From assembly GCA_963696385.1 (NCBI GenBank), contig CAVOKF010000005.1, positions 1,376,001 to 1,440,000 on the forward strand: a stretch of DNA of 64,000 bases. Direction: 5' to 3'. The position numbers and the translations under genes are program-made. Below the pieces are notes generated by a model. It worked only from the letters and a program-made list of their open reading frames with translations. It ran no database searches and was not told the DNA's origin. The stretch comes from an uncultured delta proteobacterium. Its GTDB lineage: Bacteria; Myxococcota_A; Polyangia; Polyangiales; Polyangiaceae. Within the stretch, counting starts at the first letter, position 1. Each line of letters opens with the position of its first letter. Positions 1-10,432 of this stretch are shown here, in pieces.

Positions 1-2
1 TT

Positions 3-578
3 CAAGGATCGGTCGAGGCTCTCGCCGATGCCTTGGCGAAGCTGACTGGGGAAAAGGTCCGGTTGTCGATCATCAACGCTGCGGCCGGCGCCATTACCGA
101 GGGCGACGTCAACCTGGCGATCGCCTCAAAAGCCATCATCATCGGGTTCAACGTTCGGCCCGCGGGCAAAGCGAGCGCGTTGGCGGAGGAGAACAAGATC
201 GAAATTCGTCTCTACTCGATCATTTACGACGCGCTCGAGGACGTGAAGGGGGCCATGGAAGGGCTCCTCCCGCCGACACTCGTCGAGAAGCAGCACGGCA
301 AGGCCGAGGTGCGCCAAGTCTTCAAGGTGAAGGGCGTTGCCGTTGCGGGTTGTTACGTGACCGAGGGCAAGATCGTCCGTAACGGAAAGGTGCGCATCGT
401 TCGCGAAGGAGTGGTCGCCTGGGACGGAAAGATCGCGAGTCTCAAGCGTTTCAAGGACGACGTGCGCGACGTGGCGGAAGGCTTCGAGTGCGGTATCAGC
501 CTGGAGAACTTCAACGATCTGAAGGAGAAAGACGTGCTCGAGTGCTACGAGGTCGAGGAGATCAAGCAGAGGCTGTGA
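3..578 (+). CDS. infB: Translation initiation factor IF-2, C-terminal part (5' end outside window)
   Basis: Frame open from base 3 ([11 protein letters not shown]...). Motifs [45 protein letters not shown] are IF-2 C1/C2 domain hallmarks; followed by DUF503 and rbfA. Confidence 0.97.
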   Translation, partial: QGSVEALADALAKLTGEKVRLSIINAAAGAITEGDVNLAIASKAIIIGFNVRPAGKASALAEENKIEIRLYSIIYDALEDVKGAMEGLLPPTLVEKQHGKAEVRQVFKVKGVAVAGCYVTEGKIVRNGKVRIVREGVVAWDGKIASLKRFKDDVRDVAEGFECGISLENFNDLKEKDVLECYEVEEIKQRL

Positions 579-648
579 AGACGACGCCGGTTCGGCTGCG
601 CAGCGTGGATGTCCCGTCCGAGGGCATTGCCGATCCGGGCCCTGCACG

Positions 649-975
649 GTGATGTTTGTGGGGGTCCTTCGCTTGACGTTCCACATCCCTCATGCGCGAT
701 CGCTCAAAGACAAACGGCGCGTCATCCAGCGCGTTCGCGATCGCGTGCGCTCGCGCTTCGACGTATCGATCGCCGAGGTCGGGGCCCAGGACACCCACCA
801 GCGAGCCGTATTCGGGGTCAGCGTCGTTTCCGGCGATTCGGCGGCGTGCGATTCCGTCCTCGAACAAGTGGCCCACGTGGCCGAGTCTTCGCGCGATGCG
901 GTTCTGACCGACCGCACGACCGAGGTCATAACCATCGGCGACGACATGTATCCCAGGAGCGATCATGACCTCTGA
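649..975 (+). CDS. DUF503 (YlxP-like) protein
   Basis: MFVGVLRLTFHIPHARSLKDKRRV...FDVSIAEVGAQDTHQRA matches the DUF503 consensus; usual position between infB and rbfA. Confidence 0.9.
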   Translation: MMFVGVLRLTFHIPHARSLKDKRRVIQRVRDRVRSRFDVSIAEVGAQDTHQRAVFGVSVVSGDSAACDSVLEQVAHVAESSRDAVLTDRTTEVITIGDDMYPRSDHDL

Positions 976-1339
976 GCCGGGGATGCGGGCGAAGCGCGTG
1001 GGGGAAGGAATCCGAGAGCAGGTCGCATCCCTGCTCGCTCACGAGGTCAAGGATCCAAAGGCAGCCGGCGCCGTCGTGACTCGGGTCGAGATGACGGCCG
1101 ATCTTCGGACCGCCCGGGTGTACGTCCGCACGCTCGGCGTGACGGACGATGCAACTCGCAGGCGCGAGCTCATCGGCGCTCTGCGCCGCGCCTCTGGATT
1201 GTTGCGGCGCGAAGTGGGCCGTCGGCTTGGGTTGCGCTATGCCCCGGAGCTTCGCTTCACTTACGACGAGGGAGTGGACCACACGAGCCATATCGAGAAG
1301 CTGCTGGCCGAAATCTCCGAGGAGCGTCGCTCGCGCTGA
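965..1339 (+). CDS. rbfA: 30S ribosome-binding factor A
   Basis: RAKRVGEGIREQVA, VKDP, VTRVEMTADLRTARVYV, LRYAPELRFTYDE; synteny with infB. Confidence 0.95.
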   Translation: MTSEPGMRAKRVGEGIREQVASLLAHEVKDPKAAGAVVTRVEMTADLRTARVYVRTLGVTDDATRRRELIGALRRASGLLRREVGRRLGLRYAPELRFTYDEGVDHTSHIEKLLAEISEERRSR

Positions 1340-1382
1340 CGTGGCGCTGTTCGGCCAAGACGACGCTCCTGCTGCGAAGCAC

Positions 1383-1979
1383 TCACATCAGGCGCGTCAC
1401 GTACCATGCACCTCGCCACGCCGTCATCTCGCGAATCGACATCGCGTGGGTTCGTCCATCGACCACGAACGTCAAGCGGCACTCCCGGATCGTCCAGAGC
1501 GGCTTCCTCCATGCGTGATGGCGGGCGGTCTCCTGCGTCATGGCGTGTCCCATCTCGAGCGACACGAAGCGCGCTCGGTCGAGGCCGGGGTGGCGTCGGC
1601 CCATCGCGCGGATCGCGCGCCGGAACGGTCGGGCCACGCGCTTCTCCCAATCCTTGCCCGGATCGGAAACGTCCCGAGTCGTAAGCCAGCCATCGCGCGG
1701 GAACAGGATGTCGGTGGCGAGTTGAGAGTCATCTCGAGCGATCGCCTCGAGCAAATGCCGCGCTCGCGTCGACAATTCTTCGCCGGAGCTCGATGGGATG
1801 GCGTCGTCGGGGGGCGGCGCCGCATCGATTTCGGTGGCGACCGCCGCATCGTTGCCAGGACCGCCGCCGGCTTCGGTTGCAACCCGACCGCCCTCCAGGC
1901 GTGAGCCGCGACACCCAATCGACAGGCCGACGAGCGCGACGAGAGCCGCGGAGCGCAGGCCCGCGTCGCTCTTTCTCAT
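1383..1979 (-). CDS. Hypothetical lipoprotein
   Basis: ATG at 1979 just after the serA-like stop; signal peptide with lipobox-like LSIGC, low-complexity linker, globular C-terminal part ending WRGAWYVTRL. Confidence 0.65.
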   Translation of the reverse strand: MRKSDAGLRSAALVALVGLSIGCRGSRLEGGRVATEAGGGPGNDAAVATEIDAAPPPDDAIPSSSGEELSTRARHLLEAIARDDSQLATDILFPRDGWLTTRDVSDPGKDWEKRVARPFRRAIRAMGRRHPGLDRARFVSLEMGHAMTQETARHHAWRKPLWTIRECRLTFVVDGRTHAMSIREMTAWRGAWYVTRLM

Positions 1980-1992
1980 GGGTCGGTCCTGC

Positions 1993-3214
1993 TCATGCCA
2001 GCATCGGCAGCGTGACGAGATCGACATGAAGCACCTCGTCGAAGGCCTTGATCTCGGCCAGGCAGGCTTCGGTCGGGCGCAAGAGGAGGCGCAGTTTGGC
2101 ACACGCGGCGACCCCTCCTTCGAAGACGGTGTTCGTTACTTCTTCGACATTGATGCCGTGACGCTTGAGAACCGCGAGCACGTGAGCGAAGGTGCCGACC
2201 TTGTCCATCATCCGGATGACGAGCTGAAATCGCGCCGCCGTCGATGAAGACACGTTGACCACGTTCGGCACCGTGGCTTCGAGCAAGAACGAACGGATGA
2301 TTCGCACGGTCTCGGTCGCGATGGCGAGCTGTGCCTGATCCGTTGCGGCTGCAATGTGCGGCGTCCCATACACGAGTCCCCCGGAGGGATACGGTCGAAA
2401 AATCTCCGCGGTCGGAAATGTACGCGTTCCACGCGGTTCGTCTGGATAAACGTCGAGCGCGACTCGCAGTCCCCGCTTTTCGACGGCGGCGAACAGCGCC
2501 GGATAATCGATTAAATCGGCGCGGGCGGTGTTGATCACGCTCGCGCCGTGGGGCAGCGTCCCGATGACTCGCGAGTCGACGATTTGTCGGGTGCGGTCCG
2601 TGAGCGCCAAGTGGAGCGTCAAGATTTGACTGCGTGCCGCGAGCTCCTGGATGGAGCTCGCATGAGCTACGCCCATTTCGGCGGCACGCGCTGCCGTCAG
2701 GGACCGGCTCCATGCGAGCGGCAACAGACCAAAGGCTCGCGCGCGCTGCGCCACCTCACGCCCGATGGCTCCGTACCCGGCGATGCCGAGCGTCTTGCCG
2801 TAGAGACCCTCGGCTTTGCCGTACTCTTTGCGCTCCCATTTGCTGGCCCGGAGCGAAGCGACCGCGTCGGGAATCCGCCGATCGAGCGCGAGGATCAATG
2901 CGAAGACCAGCTCCGCCACGGCCGATGCGTTCTTGCCTGGACAGTTGGCTACGTAGATTCCGCGCTTGCACGCCGCACGGACGTCGATGGTGCCGTACTC
3001 GGCCCCGGCTCGGACGATGAGGTTGAGCTGCTTGGCATGGTCGATCGCGGCTCCCGTTACTTCGGTCGATCGAACGACGAGAATCCCGATGCCGTTCAGT
3101 CGCTGCTCGAGACTTTCCTTGGTGAGTTCGGGCTCGTAAACGACTTCGAATCGGTAGAGTCCTGAGCTCTTCGATGGCGCGTGGATGAAGCTTGTCGGCG
3201 ATGAGCAGCCGCAT
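1993..3214 (-). CDS. serA: D-3-phosphoglycerate dehydrogenase-like D-2-hydroxyacid dehydrogenase with C-terminal ACT domain (apparent +1 frameshift near 3150)
   Basis: N-terminus MRLLIADKLHPRAIEEL (ORF 2756..3214) joins EVVYEPEL...VRAGA...GIAGYGAIG...INTARA...DVYPDEP...TPHIAA (ORF 1993..3507) when one base is removed at GAATC 3148-3152. Confidence 0.8.
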
Positions 3215-3295
3215 GGCGGCTGACCATGATACCTGAATCGAGCAGCGACCGCTCCGCCGCGAGCGAGAGCCGAGAGGGACTGCCGCCGGCGCCGG

Positions 3296-3829
3296 CTAAC
3301 CACGGATGGGCGTTGTGCGCCCGCCGAACCGCACCGCGGCGCCGTCGGGTTTCCCTTCGACCAGGATGCGAGCGATCGATGTTTGCGCGTGACGTGTGAA
3401 TTTGGCCTCGTACGGTCCTCCGGGGGTCCGGCCCTTGACCGTCGTGTAAAGCGCTCCGTCCGACCCGACGCGGGTGGCCTCGGGCAGCCAGGGCTCTTCG
3501 TCGCCATCGTTTAGCCGAAGCAGGACGCGCTCCGGCTCGAGTGTCACGTCCGCTCCGACTCGATCGGGCTCGAAGCGCACACCCTCGACCAAGTAAGGGG
3601 CATCGTCGACCGTCAAGTACGTCCAGTCGTATCCGTTCGACAGCACGTAACGCCCGTCGTCCGGGTGCCGCCCGATCCATCGCCGCAGCGCGGCCACCAA
3701 GCCCGGATGCTTGACGAGTTCGCAATCATGCCAAAATCGGCCGCTCGAGTCGAGTCGCAGCGTGCTTTCTCTCGTGCGCCCTTCCGGGCCGGCGGCTTTG
3801 AAGAAGCCGGGATGATCAGAGGGCCGCAT
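3296..3829 (-). CDS. DUF1285-like protein
   Basis: LRLDSSGRFWHD, YLTVDDAPY, LLRLNDGD, EAKFTRHA resemble DUF1285 family motifs. Confidence 0.65.
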   Translation of the reverse strand: MRPSDHPGFFKAAGPEGRTRESTLRLDSSGRFWHDCELVKHPGLVAALRRWIGRHPDDGRYVLSNGYDWTYLTVDDAPYLVEGVRFEPDRVGADVTLEPERVLLRLNDGDEEPWLPEATRVGSDGALYTTVKGRTPGGPYEAKFTRHAQTSIARILVEGKPDGAAVRFGGRTTPIRG

Positions 3830-3954
3830 AGGGTTCGCGAGCCGACATTGGACGCATTCATGCCTAGGGGCAACCCTGCTTGACGCACTCAGGCCAGGGT
3901 CCTACAAGCCGAGTGCGTTCAAATTATTTCGAAGATTGTTGCGGAGGCCCGGCC

Positions 3955-5513
3955 ATGGCGTGGGACGGAATGGGCGCGTTCGTTCGCGCGCTCGAGCAGC
4001 GATCCGAGCTCGTGCGCATTTCTCGGCGCGTGGATCCCAAGCTCGAGGTCTCGGCGATCGCCGATCGCGTCATGAAGGCCGGTGGTCCCGCGTTGCTTTT
4101 TGAAAACGTGGGCGGCTCCCCGTTCCCGCTCCTCATCAATGCCTTCGGGTCACGGGCGCGCATGTCGTTGGCGCTCGGCGTCGATGACATCGAAGACCAT
4201 GCCCGAGCTCTCGCGGAGCTCGTACGACCCCCGGCGGGGGGGCCGGAGGCATCGTGCAGTTGGTTCGCAAGTTGCCTGAACTCGCCCACGTTCCGCCACG
4301 AGCGGCGGCAAATGGGGCGTGCCAGCAGATCGTGAGGTCGGGCGGCGACGTCAACCTCGACGAACTGCCGATTCTGACGTGCTGGCCGGGCGATGGCGGG
4401 CCGTTCATCACTCTTCCTCAGGTCATCACCCGGGACCCGGAAACCGGGGTGCGCAACGTCGGCTGTTATCGCATGCAGAAAATCGATCGGACCAGTACGG
4501 CTCTGCATTGGCAGGTGCACAAGACGGGGGCACGGCACTTTCGCCGAGCGCAGGAGACCGGGGCGTCGCGTCTTGATGTGGCTGTGGCGCTCGGCGGTGA
4601 CCCGGCGCTCACGTACGCCGCGACCGCGCCGCTTCCCGACGGAATCGACGAATGGATGTTCGCGGGGTTCCTCCGCAAGCGGGCGGTGTCGACCGTCCGC
4701 TGCAAGACCATCGACCTCGAGGTGCCGGCCGAGGCCGATTTCGTTCTCGAAGGCTATGTCGATCCGCGAGAGGACCTCGTGGAGGAGGGCCCGTTTGGCG
4801 ACCACACGGGCTACTACACGCCGATCGATCGATTCCCACGATTCCACGTGACGGCCATCACGCGGCGCACGGACGCCGTTTATCCCGCGACGCTGGTCGG
4901 TCCTCCGCCCATGGAAGATGCGTGGCTCGGTAAGGCCACCGAGAGGATGTTTCTCCCTCTGCTCCGAATGCTGTTTCCGGAGATCGTCGATATGAATTTG
5001 CCCGTCGAGGGCGCCTTCCACAACCTCGTTCTCATCTCCATCAAGAAGCAATACCCCCACCACGCCTCCCGGCTCGCCCACGGACTGTGGGGGGCGGGGC
5101 AAATGACGTTCTCGAAGGTCATCTGCGTCGTGGATGACGATGTCGACGTGCAGGACGTCCGGCAAGTGGCATGGCGACTTCTCGCAAACCTCGATCCGAA
5201 GCGTGACGTTGCGTTCGTCGAAGGCCCCATCGATCAGTTGGACCACGGCGCAAGCCAACCGCTTTGGGGGAGCAAGACATGCATCGACGGTACGCGCAAA
5301 TGGAGAGAGGAGGGGTACATGCGTGAGTGGCCGGAGCCCTGCCGCATGAGCGAGGACGTCTTGGCGCGGGTAGCCGCCCTATGGCCCGAACTCGGCCTCG
5401 GGCCGGGGCGAATCCAGCCGGCGCCGTCGGGCAACGGAAAGCATGGAACTTCCACGATGATCGCGCGCGCACTGGTCATCGCGCGCGATCTGCTCGGCGT
5501 GGGTCGAGCATGA
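3955..5513 (+). CDS. ubiD: UbiD-family menaquinone biosynthesis decarboxylase (MqnL); apparent 1-nt deletion in homopolymer at 4228-4242
   Basis: N-part (VDPKLEVSAIADR, GGPALLFENV, INAFGS) and C-part (LPILTCWPGDGGPFIT, RNVGCYRMQ, EGPFGDHTGYY, GPIDQLDH) lie in different frames and join by adding one G to the G7 run. Confidence 0.88.
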
Positions 5514-6241
5514 ATCGCGATCCGATTCCCGACATCCGCGCGCGCCGCGGGGAAGAGGCCGTTCACGGAGCGGCCGCCCAAGGGATGTTCGATCGGATCG
5601 CGCCGACGTACGACGTGCTCAACCGCGTGCTGTCCGCAGGGGTTGACGAGCGCTGGCGCGATCGCGCGGTGGCAATGCTTGCCGGCGCGCCGTCCGGCCC
5701 TGTTCTCGATCTCTGCGCCGGAACGCTCGACCTCGCGGCGCGGATCGAGTCGGCGCGCCCCGGCGACCCCATCGTTGCAGCCGACTTTTCGCGGGCCATG
5801 CTCGAGGCCGGTCGAGCGAAGGCGCCTCGGACCGATCTCGTCGTTGCCGACGCCACCGCGCTTCCCTTTCGAGACGGGGAGTTTTCGGGAGTCGTATGTG
5901 GCTTCGGTATGCGCAATCTAGCGGACCTGGTCCGGGGCACGAACGAGGTGCGGCGGGTGCTCCGGTCGGGGGGCGTGTTCGTAACGCTCGAGCTGTTCCG
6001 GCCGAGTCGCATCGTGACTCGAGCGTTTCATCAAGCCTATGCGAGCATGATCCTGCCGCTGCTCGGAGGTTGGGTCTCCGGCGATCGTGGCGCCTATCGG
6101 TACCTCGCACGGAGCATGGCTGGCTTCTTGACGCGCGAGGAGTACGAGGGCGTCTTGAACCAGGCGGGCTTCCAGCACGTGTTCGGGTTCGATCTGACGC
6201 TCGGCATCGCTTCGATTGTCCGGGCGGAGGTCGGGTCATGA
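5510..6241 (+). CDS. menG: Demethylmenaquinone methyltransferase (UbiE/MenG family)
   Basis: MFDRIAPTYDVLNRVLSAG, VLDLCAGT, ADFSRAML, GFGMRN, AYRYLARS; ATGA overlap with ubiD. Confidence 0.9.
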   Translation: MNRDPIPDIRARRGEEAVHGAAAQGMFDRIAPTYDVLNRVLSAGVDERWRDRAVAMLAGAPSGPVLDLCAGTLDLAARIESARPGDPIVAADFSRAMLEAGRAKAPRTDLVVADATALPFRDGEFSGVVCGFGMRNLADLVRGTNEVRRVLRSGGVFVTLELFRPSRIVTRAFHQAYASMILPLLGGWVSGDRGAYRYLARSMAGFLTREEYEGVLNQAGFQHVFGFDLTLGIASIVRAEVGS

Positions 6242-6798
6242 AAAAGAAGATCGTGGTCGGGGTCACGGGCGCGAGCGGCGCAGCGTACGCGCGCCGGTTG
6301 CTCTCGGTCCTGAGCGTCCGCGAGGACGTCGAACTCGGCGTTTGCGTTTCGAAGACGGCGCCCGAAGTCTGGGCGCTGGAGTGCGGGGGGGATCTTCGCG
6401 AAGCGGTGCCGAAGGCGACTTGGGGGCCTCGTGACTACCGGGCGCCGTTCGCGAGCGGAAGTGCGGGCTGGCACGCGATGGTAATCGTGCCCTGCTCCAT
6501 GGGAACCGCGGCCAGGGTGGCACACGGCATCTCGGATACGCTGTTGACGCGAGCGGCCGACGTGATGCTCAAAGAGCGGCGCCCGCTCATCGTCGTGCCC
6601 CGCGAAACACCTCTGAGCGTGGTCCACCTGCAGAATCTTCTCGACCTTGCGCGCGCAGGCGCGCTCGTGTTGCCAGCCATGCCTTCTTTCTACGGCAAGC
6701 CCAACTCGCTCGAGGAAGCCATCGACACGGTGATCGGTCGCGTCCTCGATCATCTGGGTCTCGAGCACCGTTTGGTACGTCGATGGGGTTCCGCGTGA
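6238..6798 (+). CDS. ubiX: Flavin prenyltransferase UbiX (MqnM)
   Basis: IVVGVTGASGA, APFASGS, VPCSMGT, RAADVMLKERRPL, PRETPL, PSFY; ATGA overlap. Confidence 0.95.
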   Translation: MKKKIVVGVTGASGAAYARRLLSVLSVREDVELGVCVSKTAPEVWALECGGDLREAVPKATWGPRDYRAPFASGSAGWHAMVIVPCSMGTAARVAHGISDTLLTRAADVMLKERRPLIVVPRETPLSVVHLQNLLDLARAGALVLPAMPSFYGKPNSLEEAIDTVIGRVLDHLGLEHRLVRRWGSA

Positions 6799-7392
6799 GC
6801 GCGCTCGTGGATCGCGCCATCGATTCGGCCGGCCTCGGCGAGGTGCTTGGGGCCCGGCGCGATGGTGCGCTCGGCGACGCGGAGCTCACGCGGCTTCGCG
6901 AAGCGGATTTGCTGGTCCTCGGCGCGCTTGCCGATCGAGTTCGAGCCCACGAGGTTGGCCCCGAGGTGCGCATCCACGTCCGGGAACCCCCCGCCGATGT
7001 CCCCGCAGACTTCACGTTTCCCGACCCCGGTCGCAACCTCACGGGCCTCGAGCTTTTGCGTGAAATCGCGATTGCGCGCGTGACGGGACCCTTTCGAGCC
7101 TGTGTGAGGGTCGATTGGGTGCGCTGTGGGATGGAGCTCGCGCAGGTGGCGCTCGGGTTCGGAGCCAATGAGCTCGTAGGTACCATCGCCACCAAGCGCG
7201 GCCTTCCGATCGCCGACGGCGAGCTCGTCGGATTCGGGCAAGAAAAGCCGGCGCGAATCGGCTCAGACGGCCAAGCTCAAGGAGCTTGCGGGTTGCATAC
7301 GCCGCGCCGCCCGACGACCCGTGGTCGTCGGGCACGAGCACGAGGTCGAATTCATGGACGGCGCGTCCCCCATCCAGGAGAAGACGGGATGA
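6795..7392 (+). CDS. Short MqnE/MqnC (CofH-family) paralog lacking the radical SAM core; apparent +1 frameshift at 7231-7235 falsely fuses it to mqnE
   Basis: GTGA overlap with ubiX stop. Removing one T at GATTC gives ...GSGKKSRRESAQTAKLKELAGCIRRAARRPVVV...EKTG-stop, with TGA overlapping the mqnE ATG (7389-7392). Clear similarity to MqnE N- and C-terminal segments; no CxxxCxxC. Confidence 0.7.
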
Positions 7393-8537
7393 TCGAGGCG
7401 ATCGGCGAGAAGGTCGTGCGCGGCGAGCGCCTCACGTTCGACGACGGGCTCGCCCTTTTCCGGCACCCGGACGTCGTCGCGATTGGACAGCTCGCCAACC
7501 GGGTCCGTGAGCGGATGCATGGGGATCGGACGTATTTCAATCGCAACATGCGCATCGAGGTGACCAACGTGTGCGTTGCCTCGTGTCTATTTTGCTCGTT
7601 CGCCAAGCTCGAGGAGGGTGGCCCGGGGGCACGCACGATGAGCCACGTGGAAGCGTGGCGGGAGCTCGAGGCACGCATGGACGATCCACCGGGCGAGATC
7701 CACATCGTCAACGGGCTGCATCCGAGGCTGCCATTTTCCTACTACGAGGAGCTTTTGACCGGCTTCAAACGCATCAAGCCGGACGTTCACTTGAAGTGTT
7801 TCACCGCCGTTGAAATTCATTTTTTCGCGCGGCACTTCGGCATGAGCTACGAAGTGGTGCTCGATTGTCTGCGCGCCGCGGGGCTCGACAGCTTGCCCGG
7901 CGGCGGCGCGGAGATTTTTCACCCGGAGGTGCGCAGCCGAATCGCGCACGACAAGGCTACCGCCGACGAGTATCTCGACGTGCACCGTGTCGCGCACGGG
8001 ATGGGTATGCGAACGAATACAACGATGCTCTACGGTCACGTCGAGACGTTCGAGCACAGAGTCGACCACCTACTGCGGCTCCGCGCACTGCAGGACGAGT
8101 CCCGTGGCCAGCAGGCGTTCATCCCCCTGGCGTTTCACCCGGACGGCAACGGGATGCGCAATCTTCCGGCGCCCACGGCAATGGATGCGCTGCGAACGAT
8201 CGCGGTATCGCGTCTCGTGCTCGACAACGTCCCCCACATCAAAGCCTATTGGGTGAGCATGACTCCCGAGGTGGCCCAGATCGCGCTGCGATTCGGCGCG
8301 GACGACCTCGACGGGACCATCGTGCACGAGACGATCTACCGAGCCGCGGGGTCGCGCTCGCCGGGTGCCATGACGGTTGCGCAACTGGTGCGGCTCATCC
8401 ACGAGGCCGGCCGCATTCCAGTCGAGCGCGACAGCCTTTATCGAGTCGTGCGCGAGCATCCGCGCGCGTCGGTGGCCGAGGCCGCGCTCAAGGTGCGCGA
8501 CCGCAATGCCCGAAGGCACCTCGAGGTGTCGTCGTGA
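7389..8537 (+). CDS. mqnE: Aminofutalosine synthase MqnE (radical SAM)
   Basis: TYFNRNMRIEVTNVCVASCLFCSF, EIHIVNGLHP, KCFTAVEI, LPGGGAEIF, TMLYGHVET, FIPLAFHP, HIKAYW. Confidence 0.92.
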   Translation: MIEAIGEKVVRGERLTFDDGLALFRHPDVVAIGQLANRVRERMHGDRTYFNRNMRIEVTNVCVASCLFCSFAKLEEGGPGARTMSHVEAWRELEARMDDPPGEIHIVNGLHPRLPFSYYEELLTGFKRIKPDVHLKCFTAVEIHFFARHFGMSYEVVLDCLRAAGLDSLPGGGAEIFHPEVRSRIAHDKATADEYLDVHRVAHGMGMRTNTTMLYGHVETFEHRVDHLLRLRALQDESRGQQAFIPLAFHPDGNGMRNLPAPTAMDALRTIAVSRLVLDNVPHIKAYWVSMTPEVAQIALRFGADDLDGTIVHETIYRAAGSRSPGAMTVAQLVRLIHEAGRIPVERDSLYRVVREHPRASVAEAALKVRDRNARRHLEVSS

Positions 8538-10432
8538 GCCAGCCTCGGCTGCGCGTAGCGGCCGTTGGCTTTCTAAACGCACGTCCGCTCTACGAAGGGC
8601 TGGACCGGGAGCCCGCTCGCGCTCGAATGCGCCTCGATTGTGGCGTTCCGAGCGAGGTGGCTCGTCGAGTCGCGGAGGACGAAGCCGACTTGGGGTTGAT
8701 GCCCGTCGCCGCCGCGGCGACCCTCGGCGACCTGCGGATGGTGCGCGGCTGCGCCATCGGAGCGAAGGGTGCCGTTCGCAGCATCTTGATCGTGGGCGAG
8801 GAGCCCGTCGATGCGCTCGAAGAGATCGCCATCGACCTGTCTTCGCGCACGAGCGTCGTGCTGGCGCGACTGATCCTTCGCGCGAGAAATCGGGGGCGCG
8901 AGCCGCGCCTGGTGGGCAAAGAACACGGCGATGCGGTGCAAAGTGTCTCGGGCAAGCGAGGCGCGCTGGTGATCGGCGATCCGGCTCTCGAGATCGAGGG
9001 GCGCTTTGCTCATGGGATCGATCTCGCCCAGGCGTGGCGGGAATGGACCGGGTTGCCTTTCGTATTCGCGGCATGGTGCGGTCGGGCAGGCGCGCTCTCG
9101 GCGGATGACGAGGATTTCATCGCTGCCGCAAAGATCGCCGGACTCGAGCGGCGCGACCAAATCGCGGACGAGCATGCTGCGCGCACCGGGCTGAAGTCCG
9201 CCTCCCTGCGCTCCTATCTGCGAGACGCGGTCCACTACGAGTTCGGCGACGAAGAGCGTCGCGGTTTGGAGCATTTTTACGACAAGGCTGCGCGCGCGGG
9301 TTTGTTGCCCCGAGCGCGCGTGCGCTTCTTCGACGACGACCGGCGCAACGCGTCCTTGCGCTCATCGCTCGACACTCTTCTGTCGAGCGCGGCCGCGGGC
9401 GATCGGCTGAGCGCCGCCGATGGAGAGCGGCTCCACGCCGAGGCGTCGTTGTTCGATCTGGGGCTGGCCGCGGATGCAGTGCGGCGACGAAAGCACCCGG
9501 CCGACGTCGTCACGTACATCGTGGACCGAAACGTGAACTACACCAACGTTTGCACGACGAGCTGCCGCTTTTGTGCGTTTTACCGGCCGATCGGGCACGC
9601 CGAGGCGTGGGTTCTTTCGCGTGAAGAGCTTGCGAACAAGCTCCAAGAAGTCGTCGATGCCGGCGGCGTGCAGATCCTTCTCCAGGGCGGACTGCACCCC
9701 GAACTGCGCATCGAGTGGTACGAAGACCTATTTCGTTGGATCAAGCGCGACTTCGGGCTGGGTCTGCACGCGTTGTCACCCGAGGAGATTTTGCACATCG
9801 GCCGTCTCGAGGGTCTGCCTGTCCGCGGTGTACTCGAGCGGCTCCATGCCGCGGGCCTCGATAGCGTCCCGGGAGGCGGAGCAGAGATTCTCGTGGACCG
9901 CGTGCGACGAAAGATCGCGAAGGCGAAGTGCAGCAGCGACCAATGGCTTGGGGTCATGCGGGTCGCTCACCACATGGGCTTGCGTTCGAGCGCAACGATG
10001 ATGTACGGCACGGTCGACACCGCGCGCGATCGGATCGGTCACCTCGTCAAGGTTCGCGACCTTCAGGACGAGACCGGGGGGTTCACGGCGTTCTTTTGTT
10101 GGGACTTCCAGCACGAGCGCGGAACTCGCATCGAGCCAGGTGACACCGGTACGGTGCTTTACCTGCGCCAGCAGGCCGTAGCGCGCATCATGCTCGACAA
10201 CGTAGATCACGTCGGCGCGTCCTGGGTGACGCAGGGTCCGGAGGTGGGTCAAGTGGCCCTCCGCTTCGGCGCGGACGACTTCGGCAGCGTCATGTTCGAA
10301 GAAAATGTGGTGTCGAGCGCGGGGACCACGTTCTGCATGAACGCGTCCGCAATGGAGCATCGCATCCGCGCGGCCGGCTTCAAGGCTGCGCGGCGAAACG
10401 TACACTACGAGTGGCTCACCACGCCGTCGTGA
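8534..10432 (+). CDS. mqnA-mqnC: Fusion of chorismate dehydratase MqnA and cyclic dehypoxanthinyl futalosine synthase MqnC
   Basis: N-half VGFLNARPL, GAVRSI, SSRTSVVL, LVIGDPAL, DLAQAWREWTGLPFVFAAW (MqnA); C-half VTYIVDRNVNYTNVCTTSCRFCAF, QILLQGGLHP, SWVTQG, FGADDFGSVMFEENVV (MqnC). GTGA overlap with mqnE. Confidence 0.9.
   Translation: MSQPRLRVAAVGFLNARPLYEGLDREPARARMRLDCGVPSEVARRVAEDEADLGLMPVAAAATLGDLRMVRGCAIGAKGAVRSILIVGEEPVDALEEIAIDLSSRTSVVLARLILRARNRGREPRLVGKEHGDAVQSVSGKRGALVIGDPALEIEGRFAHGIDLAQAWREWTGLPFVFAAWCGRAGALSADDEDFIAAAKIAGLERRDQIADEHAARTGLKSASLRSYLRDAVHYEFGDEERRGLEHFYDKAARAGLLPRARVRFFDDDRRNASLRSSLDTLLSSAAAGDRLSAADGERLHAEASLFDLGLAADAVRRRKHPADVVTYIVDRNVNYTNVCTTSCRFCAFYRPIGHAEAWVLSREELANKLQEVVDAGGVQILLQGGLHPELRIEWYEDLFRWIKRDFGLGLHALSPEEILHIGRLEGLPVRGVLERLHAAGLDSVPGGGAEILVDRVRRKIAKAKCSSDQWLGVMRVAHHMGLRSSATMMYGTVDTARDRIGHLVKVRDLQDETGGFTAFFCWDFQHERGTRIEPGDTGTVLYLRQQAVARIMLDNVDHVGASWVTQGPEVGQVALRFGADDFGSVMFEENVVSSAGTTFCMNASAMEHRIRAAGFKAARRNVHYEWLTTPS

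Noticed and set aside
6783..8537. 584-aa extended MqnE
   Set aside because: The segment 7236-7388 is junk in this frame but MqnE-like in the +1 frame, ending in an ATGA overlap; better explained as two genes.
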